NCBI GenBank assembly: GCA_002633005.1
Contig: NMRA01000152.1
Location: forward strand, 233,182 to 297,181
DNA from: Phoronis australis
Lineage: Eukaryota > Animalia > Phoronida
Direction: 5' to 3'
Length of the DNA: 64,000 bases
The number at the start of each line of letters is the position of its first letter. Within the stretch, counting starts at the first letter, position 1. The translations under genes and the position numbers were made by a program. The notes under the pieces are model-generated. The model did not search any database, had not been told where the DNA came from, and saw nothing but the letters and a program-made list of their open reading frames with translations. Positions 26,101-38,910 of the stretch are shown here, piece after piece.

Positions 26101-29100
26101 CCATTATTCAAAAACGTGCAAGCAGAAATACAATTAAGTTAATTTTTTATGAAAAATTTGAATTTCTCTGGGCGTCTCAGCAGAGCTCAGTCCTCAACAC
26201 GTGTTCTCGCTCCGCCATCTTAACCGGAAGTCCCCGTACATGAATATCAGTTTAACTGGACTTGTTCTGGTCGTGATCTTCAGTGGTCTGTTTTATGAAA
26301 AGTAACATCAGACTTTTAAGTGAGAAATTTGCCCTCAGTTGCTTCACTCAACTATTTCTGAAAAAGTCTGATTTGAGCAAAAGTCCAAAGTATATGCATA
26401 CTGTTACTGAGATCATTTCTATAAAACTATTTTTAGACTACTGTAATTACCTGCCTGGCTAAACCTTTTTTCAGCAATTTATGAAGTGAGAACATAAGAC
26501 CAAAATTCTTTACTACAAAATTCTTGAACTAATCAAACAATGGGTGGGCCTGACATTGAAATTTATTCCTCTGCTTTTATATTTATGTACCCCTATGTAG
26601 TTATTGAATTTCTGTCCACCAAATCTGAGTCAGGATCAATGGGAAGTCACTTTTGTGGTCTCATTAGTCAAGAGAGCGCCAATATGAAAAGTTCCCTATT
26701 CCCACAATTTAAAATTTCATCAATTTCAATCTAAAATGATTGCCAAAATTAAGGTTTTCTTCTTTTTTTCAAAGGCGTCTTAACGTTGTTGTGTATGGCC
26801 TCAAGTTCTCAAAGCACTGAGATTTTACCGTAGGTTCATCCCAGAGTCGGTTCGTTGGCTGGTGCTCAATGATCGCGTAAAAGAAGCTGAGGACATTATC
26901 CACAAGGCGGCAGCAGTGAATAAGGTGACTTTGCCGGAAAATGTCTTCACTGAAACTGACGCCAAGAGTAAAAGCGAAGACCGGAAAACATACACCGTTA
27001 TTGACCTCTTGAAGACATGGAGGATGGCGCAGATCTCGCTCAATGTTTGGTTAAACTGGTGAGTGTCATGTGGATGTATGGAAGTATACTACGAAGTCAA
27101 CTATCCTTCAAGTAGGTTGAATAAGAATCCATTCAAGTCCTCTGACACATCTAAAGAATAAGTAATTATTCTGGAACTCTCTGAACTGCAATTTTGTCGG
27201 ACTACATTGAGTTATTGGTTAATAATAGCCTACAGGGTCGTGCATTTTGAGAACCAAGTTTTCTCCACTGGCGTCAAAGTGGTTCAGAATCTCATAGTTC
27301 AGAACCCCTGTAAATCACTGTTCTCCGTTATTTGATTTCACTGGATGTTGCTAATGAAGAGGTGCCCTCTTTCCATCACTTGAATGGATTTAGAACAGTT
27401 GTCCCAGTGTGTGGGCTCTGGTTGGACAATCGTTTGACTGTCACCACCTGGTACGGTAACATCTCACCAATTTCAGACAAAAACAATTGCCAAAACTACC
27501 CTTTGTCATGTTTCAGGGTCTTCTAACATTTTTGTGAATGCCCACATCCATTCGAAATATTTTCTAAAAGTAGCTATGATGGTACATAGCTTCAACACTG
27601 TAAAGGATTAATTTGATGCCGCACTTCTATGATGAAAAAAATGAGAAAATAAAATTTCACTTGTCTGCCTTTTTGTGTCCTGAATTGGTTAGACATTCCC
27701 ACAAACTCTTGACTTCCTCGTAGCATATTGCACTGTGTTGTAGTAGTGATGTTACGTTTAGTTATTCTCGTGTCTGCTATAGGCTCGTCAACGGTTTGGT
27801 GTATTACGGCCTGTCTCTCAACACCAGTAACTTGGGGGGAAGTCCTTACATCAACTTCATGTTGGCTGGAGCTGTTGAAATACCGGCTTACATACTCTGC
27901 GTACTTTTGCTGGACAGGATTGGCCGTCGTAAACTACTGACTGTGCTTATGGTCATAGGTGGCGCTGCTTGTGTGTGCACCCCCATCATTGACTATGCGA
28001 GGCCAGGTAGTACTAATTTTCTTTGAACTTTGGTTGTGAATCTTAAACCCTGTTTGTTCTAGAAGAGTTTTAACCTTTTCACCACGGCAGATTGCTTCAT
28101 CGGTCTCGGAAACCTACCTCCGTTCAACACTGCAGATCGCTTTATCGGCCTCACGACATGTCGAACTTCAAGCAACAGCATATTTGATTGGTTGATTAGG
28201 AGAATTCTTTTGTGTGCGTCACAAATTTAAATATTACCTTCATTTCTAACAGCTTTTCTGATTGGTTGTTTTGAGTGATGGAAAGGTTTTTCTAAGAATT
28301 TAGATCGATGACTCGGCGTAAACAAAATGTCCACTGATGGCGATTTAGATGTAGACTTTTCAGATGATGAAATTGGCAATAATTTCTATGCTTTTTACTT
28401 AATTAATATATGAGTTAACCCAAAAAGGAATTCCAATGTATCTGGCAAGAGTTTGTTGACGACGACAAAAAAGTCAAATTTCATGGCTTTGATCCGGAGG
28501 AAAACCTTACTGGTCGGGAATTTCGCAACTGGGTCAAACAAACACCGAGTGAACTCCGACAACTTCGCAAATTTTCTGATCGTGTAGAATCTTCTGGAGT
28601 GTACGATGGTTCTGATAAGCGAGTTGAGTATTTTCAAAATTTCTATATCGATGAAAAGTTTTGTGAAATTGTCAGGTTAATTAATTTGAATGCCCAAAAG
28701 AAGTGCGAGTCACAACCGAAAATGGACAAAATAAAGGTGAATCGTTGAACTTAACTGTCTATTGCTGAATATAAGTCACTTCATGGCCTTCAAATGTTAA
28801 TTGAAAATGTGAAATATGATCGAAAATATATCTTAAGAAATCGTACAACTGAAGAATATTGACAACAGTTAAAGATACATTGAATTGGTAAATTCATTTG
28901 GTAATCCAACACCTGCGTTTCAGGTGTTACTTACCTGCATCATCTGAAAGAGTAAGATTTTTTAACTTTGGTGAAATTGTACCTAAAGTTCATTCTGTTA
29001 CCTACAGTTTGGTGTATCACACTTTGAAATTGAATCATAAATGGATTGTCTGTGGAATTTTGAAAACAAGCACCTCAAGTCAGCTTATGTGTGCCAAGTT

Positions 29101-32100
29101 ACATGGCATTCTGGGACAAAATGGCTGACAGTTACATAGTGGTGCAAGAGTTAAAAGTGTCTTTTTTCTTGCACAATACCTTATTGGTATTTATGTCAAT
29201 TTTAATTTTGTTTTGAATCTTCCAATTCTGTTGAGGTTTGAAAACTGGCCAAGGTTTTTCCGCGCCTTTCCAGAGGACAATGTTTGTGTTGTATCATTAG
29301 CAACAATTTGCATGAACATCTCAGTCCTGTAGCTGTCGACAATTAAGTTATTTTAATTTGCAGTATTAAGTTAAACATGTACTGTTATCAAGACACGTAC
29401 GCCCTATTCATAGAACGTTAGATATTAAAAAATGATTGATTGCTATTTAGGTAATGTCACTAATATCTTGGGACATCCCATTTCACACAATGGCGGTTTT
29501 ATTTGATTTCATGATTGTCACAAAAATTCTGTCTGTGGTGAAATAGGAATATTTCTATGGCTGTATTGTGGTCAGAGCAGTGATACGTAACTTCTCATTT
29601 TATCTTAATGGGAAGTTGGCCAATTTTGAACTACTTCAGCTGCACCATGCACTAGATATATTAACTAAATTGTGGCACTTAATTTGTTCAGATAAGTAAT
29701 CTAAGTCAGCTATTTATGTACACCAGTCATGGTAAGTTGAGCCACTTTTGGCTTTCCTGTGCACTGCACCCTAAAATCTTGTTGGGGTTTATAGTTCCCC
29801 AGTCTTCAAACAAAAGAAGCCTGTTGTGAAAGTAAAGGCAACAACTCTACATCATAAAGAGTGTGACTGACTGTAACATGGGGTGTTGCATATGTCCTAC
29901 CATAAACACTGCCCTTAAAACCAATCTAATATCTTGCTTTTAGCAGTATGAGGTGTCTTAAAACAGATGCAACCCATTAACATAACTCAACAATTTTTTT
30001 TCTTGTAAGGGTGTCTTCCAAGGATTAAATTTTATGCCAACGCTAAGATTTTAACAATTTTACTGATTTTCTGATAGACGCAGCCAGTTCCTGGATACAC
30101 TTTTGGTGTCCTCACAGAACTTCTCACAACATTGTAGGGAGAACTTGCAGCCTACTTCCAAACTTTGGTATTTCGCAGTTCTTGTTGACGTCCTTTACTT
30201 TTCCCGTGGCCTCAAATTCGTGTACCCATAGATATATTTGGCTTTTCTGAGAATACTTGTTTAAGTTGAACTTCGTTCGAAATTCTGCTTACTGCGTTTC
30301 GACTGATGTAGTTTCTAAATCTTAATAAATAATGACAAATAATTTTCTTCTTTTGTAGAAGGCATATTGACTAAATAAATGCTTAATAGATGATCTATCT
30401 CCGAATTTGAAAAATTAAAAACAAAATCACCAACATTTGCAGAATTGGTAGCAGTGACAAAGCATACACATATTTTGAGAAACCCCGTAATATTGATGTC
30501 TACTTTGATGCAAGTAGACAACATGAAACTAGAAAACAGCAAGATTACAATCAATAGGCACAAGTAAAAAAAAAATAGGAAAAGCAATTATTAATGAAGT
30601 TTCTTCACATTTCTTCTAGACTTGACGTGGTTGTCTATAACTTTCGCCATGTTGGGTAAATGTGGTATCACTGCTTCTTATGGTGTTATATACCTCCTAG
30701 CTGCTGAGGTGTTCCCGACAGTGGTCAGGTGAGTTGTCTAGTACAGAGACGTGGTTAAGGGATCATTATGCTGTATTCATGTACAACCGAGGTAGTGAAT
30801 AAATCACCAGAATGTTTTGCTGCGTGGAGGCTCTGTCAGTGTGTGGGCCCTTTTGGAAATCATTAGTTAAGAGCGTTTCCTTCATAATTCAGACTTAAAT
30901 GTAAAAATCATGGAAAAGGCTGATAAAATTCTACTAACTCGAGTGATAGTCATCTTCTCACATTTCTTGCAGGAACATAGGTATGGGTGTGTCTTCTATG
31001 TCGTCTCGTCTTGGCAGTATAATTGCACCCCTCTTCCTCCACCTAAAGGACGTGTGGGTTCCCCTGCCCATGCTGCTGTTTGGGGCGTTCTCTGTCGCTG
31101 CAGGTCTGCTGGCCTTGCTGCTACCAGAAACACTGGGTAAACCTCTGCCTCAGACTATAGAAGACGTGACTAAAGAAAGAGTTGGCAAGGGGTATGTGCA
31201 GATAGAGGAGTTGTTTTTCAGTCCCTCTTTTATAAAGCCACAGGCTGTTCTATGGAAAGTCAGCATTAATTGTAAATTATGTTTCTAAGAATACAAGTCA
31301 CAGGTTATTTTGAACATTCTGTTAGTCAAATTATTGTGAATTATTTTTCTGGCGTTCTTATTCGCCCATATATACGTATGTGGATGCATATATCACTTCT
31401 GTCTGAGCGTCTGGCGTGTGTGACTGTATCTCCTAAACTCAATGGAAGGTTCATACTTTGGCACATGTATTTCTGTGAATCTGAAGNTCCGTACGTGGCA
31501 AGTACGGCCTCCGTGCGTTTTGGTGAATACGCAGGAGAACGCAGACACGACGTAGCACTTTTAGTGCATGCAGAACTTTCTCTGCGTGCAAGCTGCGTTC
31601 GCATTTACAGATTCACGGCAGTACGTGTGACGTACGTCCTCCCTGCGCTTGCCACTCCCTACTCACGTTTTCAGAAAAACGTGGTGCCCGTGGCGTCGGC
31701 AGAAAACGTACGAACAATAAACACGCACGGCGGGTTGTGACCATAGCTTTAGTCAAATTATTGTGAATTATTTTTCTGACGTTCTTATTCGCCCATATAT
31801 ACGTATGTGGATGCATATATGACTTCTGTCTGAGCGTCTGGCGTGTGTGACTGTATCTCCTAAACTCAATGGAAGGTTCATACTTTGGCACATGTATTTC
31901 TGTGAATCTGAAGATAGACACCAACAAGTTTCAGACAGATTCTACCACCACTCTGCCCCCAAGTGGCAATTTTATCTTTTCATGTTTGAATCTTTATCTT
32001 TGGAATTGCTCGATTGGTTTTCATGAAATTTGGCAAATAAGTTTCTATTAAAGCAACGAGGATGCCTTATTATTATCAAACGGATATGACATATTCTACA

Positions 32101-33305
32101 GTACTTAGTGACCACTAAAAAATTGAGAGTGTTTTTAACCTCCACCGCTCTATTCGGCAAATCACTTGAAGGATCATTATGAAATCGACAAATGTGTTCA
32201 TCATTAGAAGACCGCAGCTGACATTGATTTTTGGTCATGTTCGATTTCTTTGGTGCCCTCATTATGAAAATTGGCAGATGTGTACCTGCTGAAAAGAACA
32301 CGACTTACGTCTATTTTTTTGCTAGTGTCTCCTAGTGACATTTGTTTTTCACATCTGCGGCAGCATCTATGAAATCCCGTGCTAGATCTTTGAAATTTTG
32401 CGCAATCATGTACAGCATATGGATGATTTCTTCTGCTGTGCCTCCTTATGTCAGGCGTTTTATGTTTGCCTCTGTATCTTCGGAGTTTCTTGGTGGATTT
32501 TAATGAAATTTTACAAAAACGTTAGTATTAGAGAGATGACCACACCTTCCCATTTTCAGACGAGTTAAATGTATGCTACACCATCTATTGGACATTTTTT
32601 ATGTTTACGAACATCACTAGAAGCAGTGTACACATTTCAACACTCCGCGTTGGTCTTGTATGTGCAATCAAACTCAAAGTGATGTAATTAGTTGGTGTGG
32701 TTAACTTCACTTCACATAATGGTTGACCGATGTGAGTCTTAGTCCAGCGATCCATTGTATTTGTATCTTCTACTGTAACAGGGCTGCATGAGCATGAGTT
32801 AGCACAATTTCAATCTAATGCTTTGGTCATATATCATGGGAGATGCTTGGCCAATACCACTGATTGAGTTCCTTAGCAATGTCTAGCATTGTCAAGATAC
32901 ATTCCATTGGATCACTGGTAGCCCTTGTGATGTATGACAACTGGCTGGTGCACCCGATTTCTGCCGAATGTTGACCGGTATGATCATTTTTCAAATTGAA
33001 ATCAGAATGTTTTTGTGATTGAAGCATAAGTTAAGGCCAGAAATGTTTCCTCACTAGGACTCAAAAAAATTTTGTTGTGTAGCCTATGAATTTAGTGGTG
33101 AAGCCTTGAGTACTTGTGAGTGTGGAAACTGAATTATTTTATTGTACTCTAAACATCATACAACTTCATTGCGTTATTTACTGTCTTCCATTTTAGAAAA
33201 CATCCACTGACCGAGGATGTTGCTGAGCTGCAGACGTTTGTTACCAAGAATGGAGCTGGTGACGTCATAGAGAATAAGGAACTAGAGAGTGGAGTAGCGG
33301 TCTAG
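14136..33305 (+). CDS. SLC22-family organic cation/anion transporter (MFS), 10 coding exons, 579 aa
   Basis: Exons: 14136-14278, 15231-15510, 18437-18540, 19294-19448, 21324-21495, 26834-27058, 27783-28006, 30620-30728, 30973-31191, 33197-33305. All introns are GT-AG with compatible phases; total 1740 nt with no internal stop. SLC22/MFS motifs: [82 protein letters not shown]. Exon sizes of 104, 155 and 109 nt are typical of SLC22 genes. Confidence 0.95.
14246..14960 (+). repeat. 55-bp minisatellite (110-bp A/B dimer in the first part) built from the SLC22 exon-1 3' end plus its splice donor
   Basis: Unit TATGGTGTTTGTTGGCGCCACACCAGAACACTGGTATGTGTATTGTAACTCCCAA starts at 14246, 14301, 14356, 14411, 14466, 14521, 14576 and 14631, then degenerates to about 14960. 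Confidence 0.95.
15643..15792. mobile_element. Short Harbinger-like MITE
   Basis: CGTTCAGTAACATTAGGACCT ... AGGTCCTAGCGTTAGTGAACG imperfect inverted ends. Confidence 0.45.
17268..17470 (+). mobile_element. tRNA-derived SINE (copy 1)
   Basis: A-box-like GCGGCCTAGTAGG and B-box-like GGTTTGAGTCC. The body (GATCAGTACAATGGGCCCAC...GCGCACGTCTGGTACAACATGT...CCTGCAATTA) is shared with the inverted copy at 40138-40377. Confidence 0.75.
18810..18876 (-). mobile_element. Degenerate tRNA-like head (SINE or tRNA pseudogene)
   Basis: Minus strand GTGGTGTAGTGGTTAAGGTGCTGGACTCAAAT...GTCGTGGGTTCAAATCC. A and B boxes are present but the stems pair poorly. Confidence 0.5.
22000..26235 (-). mobile_element. L1/Tx1-clade LINE with intact 5' and 3' ends, decayed ORF1/ORF2 and an internal deletion, in SLC22 intron 5
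   Basis: 5' end GGGGACTTCCGGTTAAGATGGCGGAG. ORF1 from 26104 (MGRSKQKK...[17 protein letters not shown]...FERVHRTG...RAIIAKF). ORF2 endonuclease from about 24917 (ILTLNC...CFQETHF, LVDPWR, LDFFLV, TDH), RT ([29 protein letters not shown] at about 23770) and C-terminal [19 protein letters not shown] and a short poly(A) at 22000-22022. 13-bp TSD at 21987-21999 and 26236-26248. Confidence 0.92.
28074..29150 (+). mobile_element. Non-autonomous piggyBac-like element in SLC22 intron 7
   Basis: TTAA|CCTTTTCACCAC ... GTGGTGCAAGAG|TTAA, giving a TTAA TSD and imperfect TIRs. An acidic ATG-initiated remnant ([15 protein letters not shown]) lies near 28327. Confidence 0.7.
31749..32660 (+). mobile_element. 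Related Helentron-associated repeat with degenerate internal units
   Basis: Repeated modules such as TGTATCTT(T/C)GGA...GATTTT(C/A)ATGAAATTT. The 3' end matches that of 7463-8023. A similar module lies at about 55965-56100. Confidence 0.45.
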
Positions 33306-36094
33306 CATAGGGAGCAGTCGGTAGAGGCAGCATTATGCATACCAGGGGAGACAATTTGGAGGAAATGGTAGTCTAAGGGTAGTCAGGTGGGGAAGCACTA
33401 TACAGACCATGGGGAGACAACTAGTCTTGGGATAAATGTGGTTGAGCAAACAATTTGTAGGNGGTGGGGACGCAATACGTATGCGGTAAAATCTCACAGA
33501 TTTAGGACACGATATGACAGACAAGTGAATTTTTTTAATTCCAATTTTCATTGAAGACGAGCAATACAAAATAAAGACAATCAGTTAGGAAAGAAAGGCG
33601 CGTGCCCAAAGAGACAACGAGTAAAGGCTGTTGCGTATTTTGTATGTGAGTGGGGACAGCCAAGAGAGATTTGATCTGATGGTAGTTATCACAACACAAG
33701 ATAAAATGTACTGCTCGTGATTTTAGTCTAGGTTTGCATCATTGCAGCTGGTTTTTAGTTTTTTTTTGCCCTTTACCACTTGTTTTTTCTCATTTTTCGG
33801 TGGAGTAATTATTGTACAAAAAATATTTGCATTTCTGGATTTGTAATTTTATGGGTTCTTTGATTGTTGATGTATTATAGATGTTGCATGTCAGAGTGTA
33901 GTTGTTTAGAAAACTTGTGTTCATCTTAGACATCCGAAACCTTGTTAGGTGAGAATATTGTTGGGTGTGTTAACTCAACCGTCCACCAGGTGGTGCTTTG
34001 CCAGTGATGCTTTAATGTGGGTGAGTTTTTAGATTTATTTTAGTAATACGCACTTAAAAATTTGAAGAATGTGCCATAAGGAGTGTGTGTGTAGCTCCGG
34101 TATGTANTGCGTGCCCAATAAGACTACTATGAGAACAAGCAGCTTATCATAGAGGTCTGGTTGCTGGTAGGGACATCATTATGCATGCCCAATAAGACTA
34201 CTATGAGAACAAGCAGCTTAGAAGCTGTTCTGGAGGGTGGGGGGAGGGGGAGGGGTTAGGAAAGAAAGGCGCATGCCCAAAGAGACAACGAGTGAAGGCT
34301 GTGGCGTATTTTGTATGAGAGTGGGGACAGCCAAGAGAGATTTGATCTGATGGTAGTTATCACAACACAAGATAAAATGTACTGCTCATGATTTTAGTCT
34401 AGGTTTGCATCATTGCAGCTGGTTTTTAGTTTTTATTGCCCTTTATCACTTGTTCTTTCTCATTTTTTTGTGGAGTAATTATTGTACAAAAAATATTTGC
34501 ATTTCTGGATTTGTAATTTTATGGGTTCTTTGATTGTTGATATATTATAAATGTTGCATGTCAGAGTGTAGTTGTTTAGAAAACTTGTGCTCATCTTAGA
34601 CATCCGAAACCTTGTTAGGTGAGAATATTGTTGGGTGTAGGACTACTGTTAACTCAACCGTCCACCAGGTGGTGCTTTGCCAGTAATGCTTTAATGTGGG
34701 TGAGTTTTTAGATTTATTTTAGTAATAGGCACTAGAAAGGAGTATGTGTGTAGCTCCGGGATGTATGAAAATGCCATGGTCACCTTTTTCTGTGACACCG
34801 TAGCACCAAGTAGTTGGTGCTGTGAGCAAAGACATGAAATTTATAGATTTTTAAAGCCATCAGCTTTAAACAATAACATTCTTAAGATTTTTTGCGGTTT
34901 AGCTTGCAGAGGCACCTCAAGAATTTTGAATGGTAATAATTTTAGTTAAAATTTCCAGAGTGTGATTGTTTTTAAGTACTTTTTGAAGTAGATTAGAACA
35001 GTAAATAATGTGATTGAGTGTTCCTTTTTGCAAGCTCTTTGCGGGAACAATCTATATCGAGCAATCTATTCATGAATGGTCTCCATGTATGAAAAAATCT
35101 TTTGAAAGACAAGTGCAATTTTTTAGAAGTATTCGATTTTGACCATACTTCTTATGCATTACATAATTTGTATTTTATTGGTCTTATAATTATTTAAATG
35201 TGGACTGCACATTATGTTATTCTGGCCTGCTATACAGACAAGTTAAGTTCTTAATGGCAACAGGAGATTAACGGCTGTATATGGGCGTCCCAAAAATGTT
35301 CACAAAACTAACCTAAAATATGAGTACAGGGATATAGTTTTACTTGTAAGTGGTGTTTTTTTCTTATCCCAGGTCCCTAAAATTGTTTTTGACTCTTTAT
35401 TTCTAATGCTTCCAAGAACCCTTGAGCAGCTTCAGTGACTTTCAACACAGTTAAAGATCGAGACAGAGAAAAATAAAAAGAGCTGTTTCTCTAGAAACCC
35501 CAGCACAGTTGTTAACATTTTGTGCTTACAGATAAACACGTGTCCAACATTGCTTATGACCTTTTTGGAATTAATTAATTTCTTGAGAATGATGAATTAA
35601 ACTTTGACCTCTGTATATACTAAATACAGAATGTTAATACAATTGTGCTGGGGTTTCTAGTTGGTTATTTGGCCCAAAAACAGCATCGTCAGTAGAGCCG
35701 TTTCTATGTTTTCTGCAGTATATATTGTGTTCAGGTTGGTCATAGGATGTAGTAGATGAATGAGTACTGCTCAGTCTGTGAAGCACGTGTAAGTTGTGAG
35801 AGATTTAACCTACAGGACGAAGTGAAATCTAATCATTGTTTCTCTACATCTGTGGCTTTCTTTGCCTTAACCAAAGAAAATTTGGTATTCCTAGAATACA
35901 AAAAACACCACTACTTCTTAGTAAATCAATTTCCGGTGTTCACATTTTTGCACGCCCTCTACATTGTAAGATAATATCCAAAAGATACACTTCACTGGGA
36001 ATTGGTCATTAATCACCTGGTTATTTGTCTCATCTCTTATTTCAAAGGTTATTTCTGGAAAATGACCTCCACTCGATATACAGATGGTGACCAG

Positions 36095-36352
36095 GGGTCC
36101 GTTTCATATGAACGCAACTTTAAGACAGAAATTTGGTCTTGCTGAGTAAAGGTTTTGCCAAGTATTTATGAGCATATCACAGTCTAGAAAAAAAATTATA
36201 GAAATCACCTTAGAAACTAGGAACAGTTATTGATAATTTCTCAGAGGCTTGACTTGCGCTATTAAGTCAAATTTAATCATTTTGTGAAATAGTTGTATGG
36301 TGTGAAAGACCAAATTTCTTAAAAAGTGTCAAGTCACTTGTGAAATAGACCC
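36095..36352. mobile_element. Harbinger-like MITE
   Basis: CAG|GGGTCCGTTTCA ... TGAAATAGACCC|CTG, with CWG flanks and a terminus resembling the right end of the large Harbinger (GGGCCCGTTCC). Confidence 0.65.
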
Positions 36353-37151
36353 CTGGTCACCAGGGTATTGGTAATATTTTCTTGTTTGATGAATCTGGTG
36401 TCCTCTAGTCTTACCACCAAATAGCTAGTATGATCTGAAAATGTACTGTTTGAAAACAGTTTGTTATTATAGTTGTATAGCCTGTTTCGTGATGCAATTT
36501 TTGCTTTGTAATATAGCCGTCTTTATACTACAGTTTTTTTTGTTTTCATCAACAAGGAAAGTCATTGATCATGTGTAGTGCCTCTGCTTATAAAAGATAT
36601 TGGCACATTGCCAGAATCGTTTGTTCCTTGGTTGTAGTGGGAGCTTTGCGCTCGGAGGAAGTATACCCCTACGGCATATTTTGTTACGTATGTGTGCGTA
36701 CTGGTACACCTGTATACGACTATATTCGAAGCTGCCACTACATGTATATTGGTGCGCCTATCCACACGAAACGTTCCAGTAAAATCATGCTTGAAAGTGA
36801 TACTGGGAATATAGGCGCACACCATTTTTTACTATTTTCTACTGCTTCACTCTCAATGTAGTGAAGAGCTTGCCAATCATGTGGGCTCCATACTATGCCT
36901 AGACTTGCTGTATCTACATGTCATTTAATTTGCTACCTAATTTGAAACACTGGAGTTTTTTAGTTAAAAAGTTATTCAGGATTCAGGTCTGATTCAATTA
37001 ATAATGTACTATTTTTCATGACTGACGAATTGGCAAACATTAACATCAATTTTCCAACAGTAAATCGCTGAACTGGACGGTTACACCTGTTATTCCTGAT
37101 AGCGTGGATTTCCAAAAGAGCCCCTCCCCCAACATAAAGCCCCCATAGGAT

Positions 37152-37313
37152 CAGTGCTGTAGTGGTACAGTTAGAGGTAAGTAGGCGCCCAAAGCCCACC
37201 GAATCACCTTGAGCACTGAACGTAACTTACGGTGCGTAGGCGCTACGTTCAAATGTCAAAAGGTGGTTGGCTGCGCCTACATGTACGTGCGCCTACGCCC
37301 CACTACAGCACTG
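37152..37313. mobile_element. hAT-like MITE (CAGTGCTGTAGTGG TIR), copy 2
   Basis: Perfect 14-bp TIR. Interior GAGGTAAGTAGGCGCCCAAAGCCCACCG...GGTGCGTAGGCGCTACGTTCAAATG is shared with 8544-8699. Confidence 0.85.
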
Positions 37314-38910
37314 CACGGGAGCTCTTTTGGAAACTTGGGTCGAAAAGTCCCTAAGTGGACTCGTTCTTTTACATTTCTGGCGCTGGACAAAGGTATGAAA
37401 ATGTGGTACAACGTCATTATTCTCAATTTTGATTAATAAAAAGTCGTTAAAACATTTTAGTACTCTTCAAGTTATCAACGAAGGCTTCGCCAGGACTACC
37501 CCATACCAACCAGCCTGCCGTTATATTGTGAAACGTCTTATTTCGCGCCAATCAAAGGTAAAATGTATGTGGAATCAAATCACAGACTTCGTTCGATATC
37601 ACCGTCGCCTATTTGGATATTTAATCTGAACTGCACTCAAAATTTCTGGTAATTACATTCACAAATGCAGCCAGAGCGTGATCAGATGATCAGATTTTTA
37701 AGCTAGGAAATGCGCTTTCAAACCGTCGCGTAAAATGTTTCGCACGAGCATGATTATACGCTTTTGTCGAGGACAGCCGCAGTGCGTGTGGCCTGTGTTC
37801 ACCACCAAGGTGTGCGACTTTGCGAAGGACACCCACTTGCGCTATGAGCGGAACTTAGGCGCATCTATCAGTGTGATACGCACCATTTCGGATATAGGCG
37901 CACGTGGGCATAAATACGCACAATTAAGTAATGTAGTAATATTAGTGCGCTTTTTTGTGAAGCTGCGCCTGTATCCGCAATGCGCCTTATTGCGAAATGT
38001 ATAAAACCAAGTTGTGCAGTGGCTTAATGTTTTCCTTGTCGTGAAAGTAATTATGGTTTCTGTCGTCAAAATGAATGATCACTGGCGACTGATGTTTAGT
38101 GGCCCAGTCCTGGAAGAGTTGGATAGGTGTGTCCGAACCTGATAATTAATCTGTAACTATGTTCCGCTCTAAGCGCAGCGCCACCCTCGTGAACCTACCT
38201 ACAACTGGTTTTTGTCTTACACGATCTTTGATAAAATCATGGGCCATTCTAGGCAATTTACCGAAACCTGCACATGAGAATTACCAGTTGCTCCGTGATG
38301 GAATATAATTTAAAATGGTCAGAGGGGAATGTTTTTACTTCTGTTAGTTCACTTAGACCCAACCTTGGCATAAACCTAAACCTAAACATCTACTGAATGC
38401 AACTGGACACATTGAAAACTCGAGCGAACATGGCCCGTGTCATTGGCTGATCTACTGAGGATGACGTAAGAGAGGGCACCCACGATTTCCCAAGAAAATT
38501 GCATGAATGCTAGCGGTGGGTTTTGTCGAGTTTTGAGGACTCTGAAGGGCTGGGTCCTCCAACTATGATTCATGTATGTGCACCTTCAGTATTATTTGCA
38601 AATTCCGAAAGACACAAGTTGCTCAACTTCATTGATCCCAGTCTCGGGTGAGCAACGAACGGCGTTGTCGGAGATGATGGTGTTTGAGGTCTGTGATGTG
38701 TGTCTCATGTCCTTGACGCGAGCGTCTCTTGCCGTGTGCAATGTGCTATTTATGATGTCATGTCGTGCGTATGTGCAACAGAAAAATACATACATCGAGG
38801 TGGCCAAAAGTGTAAAAGACCAATTGCTTGCTTATGAAGTAAAAGAATCGGTGTCAATAATGTTGTTTTCAAGGCAGACAATGCATAAGGCCGTATAACG
38901 ACACGAACGT

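Noticed and set aside
33588-34765. About 490-bp direct duplication in the SLC22 3' region
   Set aside because: The copies lie around single-n joins (33462, 34107) and differ by scattered SNPs and small indels. Most likely two haplotypes assembled in tandem.
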